Below the pieces are notes generated by a model, which was given only the letters and a program-made list of their open reading frames with translations, had not been told where the DNA came from and ran no database searches. The position numbers and the translations under genes were made by a program. Shown piece by piece: positions 56,724 through 64,000 of a DNA stretch of 64,000 nt. The stretch is from IMG/VR virus record IMGVR_UViG_3300036823_000389, positions 1,432 through 65,431 of that record. One strand, given 5' to 3'. Each line of letters opens with the position of its first letter. The stretch's first letter is position 1. This stretch comes from a virus (lineage: Duplodnaviria; Caudoviricetes).

Positions 56724-57641
56724 ATGACCATGAAAAAGCGGATCACGAAGAAGAAGGCAGGCGCGCCGAAGGCGATGCTCGTCAAACGCGACAAAACAAG
56801 CCCTGCAATCAAGGCTGCCGGTCTCAGCGCTATGCTGCGGGCGGGCGTCACGTTTCGCGGGGTCGCCTTCAAGAAGGACACGGCCGTCAAGGCGCCTGCC
56901 GTGGGCTATGCGGTGGGCTTCGATTACATCGTGACCATCGTGCGCGGCGCGCCGGTTGCGCAGCTGATGGAGACGGCCCGCATTCCCGCAAACGCGATCG
57001 GAGGCTTCCACTTTGCCCCTGGTGGCAATGCCACGGGCAAAGCTGGCGGCGACGGTACGCCGGCGATCAATCCTCATTCCATTTGGGACCGGAATTTTCG
57101 TCCGGCCTGCGGTGATCCGCGCGGCATGACGCTGGTGAACGTACCCGGCAAGAGCCGCGTCTGGTGCGATATCTACCTGCTCGGCAAAGACCATCTCGAG
57201 AACGGCACGAGCCGGCATGGAGCGACAATAGCGGACGGCACGGACCTGCCGCAAAACCCCGCTGGTGGCTATTTTTCGCGGTTCGATTACGCCGCGGCAT
57301 GCGCGGTGATGAACCATCACGGCAAGCAGCTTCTCGGTGCCGAAGAGTTCTTCGCAGCAGCTTATGGCGTCACCGAGAAAACCGCTGCGCAGGCGGAGCC
57401 GAAAACAACGGGCCTCGATGCGCTACGAACGAGCCAGTGGGGCTTGATGCAAGCGACGGGCAACATGTGGTCATGGGGCACAGACGGTCACCCCGATATG
57501 CCGCGTGCTTCGTTCTTCGGCGGTTCCTGGCTCTCCGACGAGGGCGCGGGCTCGCGCTTCGCGGCCCTCGCCAGCTGGCCGGACTACTCCAGCGACTACA
57601 TCGGCGCGCGCGGGCGCAGTGACCACCTGCAACTTGCATAG
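56724..57641 (+). CDS. DGR target 2: Mtd-like C-type lectin-fold protein (305 aa) with a Lys-rich N-terminus
   Basis: Same Mtd motifs as target 1; C-terminal VR. Confidence 0.92.
   Translation: MTMKKRITKKKAGAPKAMLVKRDKTSPAIKAAGLSAMLRAGVTFRGVAFKKDTAVKAPAVGYAVGFDYIVTIVRGAPVAQLMETARIPANAIGGFHFAPGGNATGKAGGDGTPAINPHSIWDRNFRPACGDPRGMTLVNVPGKSRVWCDIYLLGKDHLENGTSRHGATIADGTDLPQNPAGGYFSRFDYAAACAVMNHHGKQLLGAEEFFAAAYGVTEKTAAQAEPKTTGLDALRTSQWGLMQATGNMWSWGTDGHPDMPRASFFGGSWLSDEGAGSRFAALASWPDYSSDYIGARGRSDHLQLA
57498..57623 (+). repeat. DGR variable repeat VR2
   Basis: 126-nt ungapped match to TR; 14 mismatches, 13 at TR adenines (hand alignment). Confidence 0.95.
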
Positions 57642-57660
57642 CCGACGCGACAGCGGCGGC
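57641..57660 (+). promoter_or_regulatory. DGR target-recognition hairpin 2 (one stem mismatch)
   Basis: GCCGACGC-GACA-GCGGCGGC; same loop and position as hairpin 1. Confidence 0.75.
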
Positions 57661-57676
57661 ACGAGATTTTCGCGCG

Positions 57677-58048
57677 ATGATCACCAGGGATGACAACACC
57701 AGCACCGACGCCCTGGCGATCGTCGAGAAATACGAGACGTTTGTGAAATATCTGTACCCGATCGTTCAGCGAAGCCCAAAGCACCACGGCGTCCTCCGGG
57801 ACGCCGTGATTGCGGAAATGTTCGTCACGGTCGGCGATCTCTATCACGCTGCAAAGTCGCGGCAGCTCTCACGGCTCTACCAGGTCGATGCGCGCTTCGC
57901 GACGCTGCGTTCCTATCTGCGCTTCCTCGCCAGCCACGAGATACGCGTCCTCACGCCGAAGAACAACGCTCATGCCTTGAGCCTGCTCTCGGAACCGGGG
58001 CGCATGCTCGGCGCTTGGCAAAAGAAGCTCAGAGGGCAGAAGGGGTAA
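57677..58048 (+). CDS. avd: DGR accessory variability determinant
   Basis: 123-aa basic helical protein; YLYP, PKHH, LRSYLRFL, EPGRMLGAW; lies just before TR. Confidence 0.9.
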   Translation: MITRDDNTSTDALAIVEKYETFVKYLYPIVQRSPKHHGVLRDAVIAEMFVTVGDLYHAAKSRQLSRLYQVDARFATLRSYLRFLASHEIRVLTPKNNAHALSLLSEPGRMLGAWQKKLRGQKG

Positions 58049-58050
58049 GT

Positions 58051-58176
58051 ATGCCGCGTGCTTCGATCTTCGGCGGTTCCTGGCTCAACGACGAGAACGC
58101 GGGCTCGCGCTACGCGAACCTCGACAACTGGCCGGACAACTCGAACGACAACATCGGCGCGCGCGGGCGCAGTGAC
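58051..58176 (+). ncRNA. DGR template repeat TR
   Basis: Seven AAC codons; GC-only element followed by IMH* (AGTGACGACCGG), which diverges from the VR IMH (AGTGACCACCTG). Confidence 0.95.
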
Positions 58177-58362
58177 GACCGGAATACGACGCGGCGGCGA
58201 TTACGGTCCCGCCGGTCTTCCACGGCCGCGCGTAAGCGGTTTCGGTGGTCAGCCCATCTGTCCTGCTTCGGCGAACACACTCCAAGGTCCGGCATAGCGG
58301 GGCGTAGCGGAGCAACCCGTCGAGACCCGCGGCCGGCTTTCTTTTCAATAGGAGGCGACCAC

Positions 58363-59364
58363 ATGACCAGGCGGTTCAGGAATCTGATCGGCAAGATCGT
58401 CTCCCAGGCGAACATGGCCGAAGCCTATCGCCTGACCTGCGCCGGCAAGCGGCAGACGCCCGGCTATCTTGAGTTCAAGGAATATGCATCGCTCAACCTC
58501 GCAGACCTCGCTCGGGACATGGCCGAAGGGAGATACGTCGCCGGCGCGCCCTATGAGTTCCATGTGTTCGATCCGAAAAAGCGTTTGATCTCGGCGCTGC
58601 CGTTCCGCGATCGCGTCGCTCAGCAGGCGTTGTGTCTCGTCATCGGACCGATCTTCGAAGCTGCACTCTTGCCTCGGACCTTCGCCTGCCGTCCAGGCAA
58701 GGGCGTGCATGCCGGTGTCGTGCAACTGCAAAGCGAGATGCGCCATCTCACGCGGGGCGGCTCAGCGCTCTATTTCCTCAAGACCGATTTCCGCGGCTAT
58801 TTCGCTTCGATCAATCGCACGATCCTATGGCGGCTGATCGAAGCGAAGATTTCCTGCCGCGCGACGCTGCGGCTGATCGAGACGATGGTCCCTCGCAAGG
58901 GCGTTGGCTTGCCGATCGGAAGCCTGACATCGCAGATCTTAGCCAACCTCTATCTGGGCGCGACGCTCGACCGTCACCTGCAGCAGACGCTCGGCGAGCG
59001 CGCCTGGTATCGCTACATGGACGACATCGTTGTGCTCGGCGCCGATCCCGATCATCTGCGAAGCCTTAAGACATCGATTGAGGCCTACGCGCGCGACCGG
59101 CTCGGCCTCGCCTTTTCGAAATGGAGCATCGCCAGCGTCGCGCGCGGGGTAAATTTCCTCGGCTATCGGGTCTGGACTACCCACAAGCTGCTGCGCAAGG
59201 CCAGCGTCACGCGGGCGCGACGGAAGCTCAAGGCCTATCGCGCGCGCGGCGATGCGGAACGGCTACGGAAGTTCAAGGCCGCATGGCTGGGCCATGCGAG
59301 CTGGGCCGACAGCGCCAATCTGATCAAGAGCTTGGGCCTGCAGAATCCAGAGAGGCGCACATGA
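58363..59364 (+). CDS. DGR reverse transcriptase (333 aa)
   Basis: GGAGG RBS; PKKRLISALPFRDRV, LKTDFRGYFASI, GLPIGSLTSQ, RYMDD, NFLGY. Confidence 0.95.
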   Translation: MTRRFRNLIGKIVSQANMAEAYRLTCAGKRQTPGYLEFKEYASLNLADLARDMAEGRYVAGAPYEFHVFDPKKRLISALPFRDRVAQQALCLVIGPIFEAALLPRTFACRPGKGVHAGVVQLQSEMRHLTRGGSALYFLKTDFRGYFASINRTILWRLIEAKISCRATLRLIETMVPRKGVGLPIGSLTSQILANLYLGATLDRHLQQTLGERAWYRYMDDIVVLGADPDHLRSLKTSIEAYARDRLGLAFSKWSIASVARGVNFLGYRVWTTHKLLRKASVTRARRKLKAYRARGDAERLRKFKAAWLGHASWADSANLIKSLGLQNPERRT

Positions 59365-59410
59365 TCCATCGCAGCAGAGAAATCCAACGTCAGACCGAGC
59401 GAGAACCCTG

Positions 59411-60544
59411 ATGTCCGACACAAAGACACCCAAACATGGGACCGGAATTGAATGGACCAAGCGACCCGGAACGCGTGGCGAGACCCTCAATCCAATCCGG
59501 GCGCGCAACCGCGAAACGGGCAAGCTCGGATGGTTCTGCATCCACGCTAACCCCGACTGCATCAACTGCTATGCCGAGACCCTGAACGTGAAAGGCGGCG
59601 ATTCCGGCGGCAATGGCATCGCGTACAAGGCGCAGCTAGTCGACCGCGTTGAAATCTCCCTGGACGAGGACCGCGTGACGCAGCCGCTGCGGTGGCGCCA
59701 GCCGCGCACGATCTTCCTCTGCTCGATGACCGACCTTTTTGTGGACTTCGTTCCATTCCCGTGGATCGACCGCGTCTTCGCGGTCGCAGCGCTGGCGCCG
59801 CAACATACTTACATCATTTTGACGAAGCGCCCGAAGCGGATGCGAGATTATTTTAATGGCACGCCGCAGCCGCGCTGGATGGCTGCAATGCGAGAGATCG
59901 CGCCGCCGGCCGACAGCCGCGGCGTTCCGCTCGACACCAAAAATGGCGCGTTGCCAAATGTCTGGCTCGGGACGAGCTGCGGCACGCAGAAGACTGCCGA
60001 TGAGTTCATTCCCGATCTGCTCGCCACGCCGGCGGCCGTACGATTTGTATCGGTTGAGCCGATGACCGGGCCTGTCGATCTCTATAATGGCGACCCGGAT
60101 CCTCGTCTTGGCGGGCATCAGGCGACGCAGACGTTCTTGGGAGAATGGTGGGAGCCCGGCGCCGCGAAGAATTCGCCGCCTCACCACGGGCTCGATTGGG
60201 TGATCTGCGGCGGCGAGAGCGGCCCCAAGGCGCGGCCGATGCATCCGGAGTGGGCGCGGTCGCTCCGCGACCAATGCGCCGCGGCTGACGTTCCGTTCTT
60301 CTTCAAGCAATGGGGAGAATGGGCCCCGGGCGAGAACAGCGATCGCGCCCAGACCCGCACCGAGCGAACGGCGTCCTGGTCCGTTGACGCATGGACGTTC
60401 GAAAACATCACCGCGAGCTATTCGCAGGAGATGCATGCCGACGACGAGCCCGATCTGTGGCGCCTTGGGAAGAAACAGGCCGGCCGGATGCTCGATGGAC
60501 GCACACATGACGAATTTCCGCTGGTCCGAGGTTGTCGAACATGA
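59411..60544 (+). CDS. Phage Gp37/Gp68 (DUF5131) radical-SAM-like protein
   Basis: IEWT, CIHANPDCINCYAE, SMTDLF, LTKRP, SVEP, GGESG, FFFKQWG. Confidence 0.9.
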   Translation: MSDTKTPKHGTGIEWTKRPGTRGETLNPIRARNRETGKLGWFCIHANPDCINCYAETLNVKGGDSGGNGIAYKAQLVDRVEISLDEDRVTQPLRWRQPRTIFLCSMTDLFVDFVPFPWIDRVFAVAALAPQHTYIILTKRPKRMRDYFNGTPQPRWMAAMREIAPPADSRGVPLDTKNGALPNVWLGTSCGTQKTADEFIPDLLATPAAVRFVSVEPMTGPVDLYNGDPDPRLGGHQATQTFLGEWWEPGAAKNSPPHHGLDWVICGGESGPKARPMHPEWARSLRDQCAAADVPFFFKQWGEWAPGENSDRAQTRTERTASWSVDAWTFENITASYSQEMHADDEPDLWRLGKKQAGRMLDGRTHDEFPLVRGCRT

Positions 60545-60780
60545 CCGTCCGGATCACAGCGTGGAAAAAGACGATCGACGGGCTGCTGGCATGCGAGCCC
60601 GGTGACATCTTGGCCGTTGCCTGGGATGTCCGCTATCCGGGCTCCTTCTTCGGAATGCCGCTCCAATTCGAGGATCGTCACCAGGCAGAGCGGATTGCAC
60701 ATGCGCTTTCGGTGGCGTTCCGGGCCGGCGGCGAAGCCAAGCTCCGCGAGCTGCGGCAGTTCATAGGGATATTGCCATGA
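60541..60780 (+). CDS. Hypothetical protein
   Basis: ATGA-coupled on both sides. Confidence 0.5.
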   Translation: MTVRITAWKKTIDGLLACEPGDILAVAWDVRYPGSFFGMPLQFEDRHQAERIAHALSVAFRAGGEAKLRELRQFIGILP

Positions 60781-61661
60781 CGCCCGCGGCTGCGCTTCGC
60801 CATTGGGTTTGCGAGCGGGAAGCAATTAGGCTGCGCCGGGAGACAGGCACGCTGACGCCGTGGACCGATGATCCGATCCTCGCGAAATACCGCTTCTGCA
60901 ATGTGCGGCGCGAGGACGACAGGGTCACCATCTGGATACGCGAAAACATCCGCGAGAAGTTCGCCGATCATCCCCACCTCTGGTTCATGTTGGCGATTGG
61001 GCGCTGGATCAACTGGCCGGACACGCTTGTGGAGCTGATCGGTAGCATCGACCCGGGCCAAGCTTGGCCCAGCGGCCCCGGCTTCACGCTGCGCCACCTT
61101 TCTGACGTCCTGCATCGGCGCGAGGCGCGCGGTGAGAAGGTTTGGACGGGCGCCTACACCATCAATGCGCCGTCGAAGAAAGGCGGCTCGAAGATCGACC
61201 ATGTCGCGATGACGGTGCTGGGCGGGGTATGGCTTGCGCGAGACCGTATCAGCCGCATGCTGGAGGGCGTTCGCACGCCGGCGACGTTACGCGCCGCACA
61301 TGCGGAGTTGTTGAGCTATCCGGGCTGGGGCGCGTTCATGGCCTATCAGCTCGTGGTCGATCTTCGGTTCACGCGGTACCTCGCCGGTGCCGAGGACATC
61401 GCGACCTGGGCCGCGGCGGGGCCCGGCACCATTCGCGGCCTAAATCGCATCGCCGGCCGGCAACTCGACTACCGGTTGGAGCAGTGGCAAGCGCTTAACG
61501 AAATGCGCACGCTGTTCGCTACGATCCAAGGGGAGATTGGCGTCGCGATGGATTTCTCCGACGTGCCTAACATCCTCTGCGAGACCGATAAGTATCTGCG
61601 AGTGCTGAACGAGGAAGGAACGCCGCGCGCACTGTACCATCCGCATGGGGGACGCTTATGA
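60777..61661 (+). CDS. aGPT-Pplase1 / amino acid:DNA transferase-family protein (HhH glycosylase fold)
   Basis: WTDDPILAKYRFCNVRREDD, TGAY, G.GAFMAYQ...DL, GPGTIRGL, LCETDKY. Confidence 0.8.
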   Translation: MTPAAALRHWVCEREAIRLRRETGTLTPWTDDPILAKYRFCNVRREDDRVTIWIRENIREKFADHPHLWFMLAIGRWINWPDTLVELIGSIDPGQAWPSGPGFTLRHLSDVLHRREARGEKVWTGAYTINAPSKKGGSKIDHVAMTVLGGVWLARDRISRMLEGVRTPATLRAAHAELLSYPGWGAFMAYQLVVDLRFTRYLAGAEDIATWAAAGPGTIRGLNRIAGRQLDYRLEQWQALNEMRTLFATIQGEIGVAMDFSDVPNILCETDKYLRVLNEEGTPRALYHPHGGRL

Positions 61662-61666
61662 ACGCG

Positions 61667-62260
61667 CTAAAGGCACGCTGGAGGTGGCGCGGGAGCGAAG
61701 GCGTTGAGAGCTACGCGTACGATGTTGAGTTCGGCACGGATTTCATCGTGCCTGGTACGAATCCAAGCCGTAAGGCGCTGCAGATCGTCGGCGCTGCTCG
61801 TCGCCTCGGCGACGTAGGACCGGTTGAATTGCTCGACCTTGTAGAGCAGCAGCACGGCCCGGCGGGCCAACGTCGGGGGCAGCGCGTCGAAATCTTCGTA
61901 AAGGTTGTCGCTCCACCCTACCTTGATGGAGAGTGCAGGAAGCCAGGTCTCTTTCGCTGGCACGCCCGCACGCGCCAGACTGCTCCGAAGCTGGTAGAGC
62001 TGCGTGCTATTTGTGCTGATCCCGGCAAGATGATCGAGTCCGCGGAGGATTTCCTCGACGACAGGAATCAGTCGAAAGGCAGCAATATTTGCGCGGGCGT
62101 CACGCGCGGCGCCCTCGCGGGCGCGATCCACGTCTTTAAGGTCCAGCGCTTGCCTTGCCTGATCGCGCGCGACGCTCACCGTAAACCGAATGGCGGCACC
62201 GGTCGCGCAGGTTTGGGCCACCGCCGCAAACGCAATTACCCAGTTAGGATCAAAGCTCAT
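61667..62260 (-). CDS. Antisense-oriented moron with an N-terminal TM anchor
   Basis: WVIAFAAVAQTCATGAAI followed by a helical domain; fills the gap between plus-strand genes. Confidence 0.55.
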   Translation of the reverse strand: MSFDPNWVIAFAAVAQTCATGAAIRFTVSVARDQARQALDLKDVDRAREGAARDARANIAAFRLIPVVEEILRGLDHLAGISTNSTQLYQLRSSLARAGVPAKETWLPALSIKVGWSDNLYEDFDALPPTLARRAVLLLYKVEQFNRSYVAEATSSADDLQRLTAWIRTRHDEIRAELNIVRVALNAFAPAPPPACL

Positions 62261-62289
62261 CTTGTAAACCTTAGCACGGTGAGGAGGGC

Positions 62290-62634
62290 ATGAGCATCCC
62301 TGTTCGACTGAGGCTCTCCCGCCGCAAGGGCTTCCGCCTCCAAACATTGAGCTTGGCGACCAATGGGCTTGCAGCGGTCGTCGTTACGCGGGCGAGCAAG
62401 AAATGGGGCAACCCGTACTATGTCGGCATGTTCCGCGACTATGACCGCGCGGACGCCGTGCGAGATTTCAAGAAATGGATCGACGGCGACCACGGCGCGC
62501 GCGCATGGGCCGGCGCGCCGCCAACTGACACCGAGATAAGAGCCTCGCTGCGCGGCCATAATCTAGCCTGCACATGCCCACTCGACGGCGGCCCCTGTCA
62601 TGCCGATGTGCTGCTGGAGATCGCGAACAGATGA
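62290..62634 (+). CDS. DUF4326 protein
   Basis: RRKGFR, KWGNPY, LRGHNLACTCP...CHADVLLE. Confidence 0.85.
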   Translation: MSIPVRLRLSRRKGFRLQTLSLATNGLAAVVVTRASKKWGNPYYVGMFRDYDRADAVRDFKKWIDGDHGARAWAGAPPTDTEIRASLRGHNLACTCPLDGGPCHADVLLEIANR

Positions 62635-62873
62635 GCCGGACGCGTGGCAGCGAAATTGAACCCCGCGGCCTCCGCCGCGAGAACGCTGCGCGTTATCTCG
62701 GGATATCCCCGTCAAAGTTCGATGAGTTTGTTGGCGACGGCCGTCTTCCGGGACCGAAACAGTTGGATGGCTGCGTCGTCTGGGATCGCCACCGGCTTGA
62801 CGACGCCTTCGAAGCCTTCCCTGATAGGGATGCCGCGCCGGCCGTCAATCGTTGGAGCAACGTCGCGGCATGA
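62631..62873 (+). CDS. xis: Excisionase (AlpA-like HTH)
   Basis: PRGLRRENAARYLGISPSKFD...WDRHRLD; overlaps int. Confidence 0.8.
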   Translation: MSRTRGSEIEPRGLRRENAARYLGISPSKFDEFVGDGRLPGPKQLDGCVVWDRHRLDDAFEAFPDRDAAPAVNRWSNVAA

Positions 62874-64000
62874 TGGACGCCGCCGACATGCCAAAGCGCC
62901 TGCCGAAGTACTGCTTCGAAGAGGATCGCCCCAGCGGCATCCGGATCCGCTTGCGCGCGCCGAACAGGCCGAAAGTCACGCTGCACGGCGTGCCGTGGTC
63001 TGAACCGTTCATGGAAGCCTATCGCCGAGCGCTGGACACAGTCGCGCCGGAGCAGACTGCGCACGGCCCCGTCGTCGGAAGCTGGGAATGGCTGTGCCGC
63101 AAATTCTTCGCGAGCATCGATTTCAAGATGTCACAGCGCACCGGCAAGCAGCTTTCGGCCGGTCACGTTCTCCAACGCCGGCGCGCGCTTGAGAAGACGT
63201 TCGAAGAGCCATTGAGCCCAGGTTCGATTGATGTGTTCGGCGAGATGCCGATCGCCATGATGGCGCCGAAGGCGGTGAAGGTCCTGCGCGACCGCCTGGC
63301 GGCGACGCCCGACATGGCGAACAAGCGCCTGAAGGCCGTGCGCCAGGCGCTCGCCTTCGCCGTGAGCGAGAGCCTGCTCAAGCACAACGCCGCGCGCGAG
63401 GTCAGCGGCTTCCAGATCATCACGGACGGCTTCTACACCTGGACGGAGGAAGACGTCGCGGTGTTCGAGAGGACGTACGCGCCCGGCACGCGCGAGCGGC
63501 GCGCCCTCGCGATGCTGCTCTACGCGGGGCCGCGCTGCATCGACGTCGTGAAGTTCGGCCGGCAGATGCTCTACAAGCCGGTGAAGACGGACAGGACGCA
63601 GCTGGCCAGCCGCTGGCTCAAGTTCATGCCGCACAAGGGCGAGAACGTCACCGGCAAGGTGATCGACATCCCGGTCCTGCCGGTGCTGCTCGCCGAGTTG
63701 GAACGCGCGCCGAAGGACAGCCTGCTCTACATCGAGAACCGCTACGGCCGTGACTTCAGCGCTAAGGGGTTCGGCAACTGGTTCAAGGATGCCTGCACCA
63801 GCGCGGGCCTGCCGCAGTGCTCGGCGCATGGCTTGCGCAAAGCAGGCGCAACGATCCTCGCCGAGCTCGGCGCGACGCCACACCAGTTGATGGCGATCTA
63901 TGGCTGGTCGAGCGTGAAGGAAGCCGAGCGCTACACGAAGAAGGCGCAAGGCAAGAAGCTGGCCGAGGCCGGCCTGCGCCTGATGAGTGCTCCCAAGTAA
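62870..64000 (+). CDS. int: Tyrosine integrase
   Basis: GPRCID (Arg), HGLRKAGAT, YGW...AERY. Confidence 0.93.
   Translation: MMDAADMPKRLPKYCFEEDRPSGIRIRLRAPNRPKVTLHGVPWSEPFMEAYRRALDTVAPEQTAHGPVVGSWEWLCRKFFASIDFKMSQRTGKQLSAGHVLQRRRALEKTFEEPLSPGSIDVFGEMPIAMMAPKAVKVLRDRLAATPDMANKRLKAVRQALAFAVSESLLKHNAAREVSGFQIITDGFYTWTEEDVAVFERTYAPGTRERRALAMLLYAGPRCIDVVKFGRQMLYKPVKTDRTQLASRWLKFMPHKGENVTGKVIDIPVLPVLLAELERAPKDSLLYIENRYGRDFSAKGFGNWFKDACTSAGLPQCSAHGLRKAGATILAELGATPHQLMAIYGWSSVKEAERYTKKAQGKKLAEAGLRLMSAPK

Larger units (their letters stand above)
2581..64000. mobile_element. Lambdoid siphovirus prophage (>61 kb; attR lies beyond the window)
   Basis: Ordered int-xis, cI/cro, replication, terminase, portal, protease, capsid and tail modules; tRNA junction at the left end. 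Confidence 0.95.

Noticed and set aside
55857-57320. Long alternative-frame ORFs (this 487-aa one, also 35806-37110, 7638-8750, 22837-23982, 1100-2284)
   Set aside because: They are Arg/Ala-rich shadow frames of well-supported genes in high-GC DNA, with no motifs.
58363-59364. Group II intron, retron or Abi reverse transcriptase
   Set aside because: The GLPIG...SQ motif, avd and adenine-specific TR/VR pairs identify it as a DGR RT; there is no maturase or endonuclease extension.

Overview
A GC-rich alphaproteobacterial window (inferred from the LexA box type, GapR and the tRNA). Bases 1-~2550 are host sequence, including an alkyl/aryl-sulfatase. Bases ~2581-64000 are a nearly complete lambdoid siphovirus prophage. 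Its left junction lies in the anticodon loop of a truncated tRNA-Ser(GCT), and its tyrosine integrase ends at the window edge. On the minus strand, from cro leftward, come early genes with an unusually large DNA-modification set, replication genes (DnaB, SNF2, an initiator containing ori iterons), a late regulator, an HK97-type head, a long non-contractile tail with a G/GT frameshift, and a lysis region with no recognisable endolysin. On the plus strand are cI, the PL operon, xis and int. Three observations stand out. (1) A complete diversity-generating retroelement (avd, TR, RT) with two tandem Mtd-like targets; both lack the Mtd N-terminal segment and sit in the early PL operon, not the tail module. 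(2) A 22-bp palindrome with core CCGCCAATTGGCGG seen at four dispersed sites, one inside a ParB-HTH/MT-A70 methyltransferase fusion gene, suggesting a parS-loaded methyltransferase. (3) A small cro-coupled ORF that resembles a fragment of a foreign HK97-type portal protein. Family assignments are from motif recognition by eye; no database searches were run.
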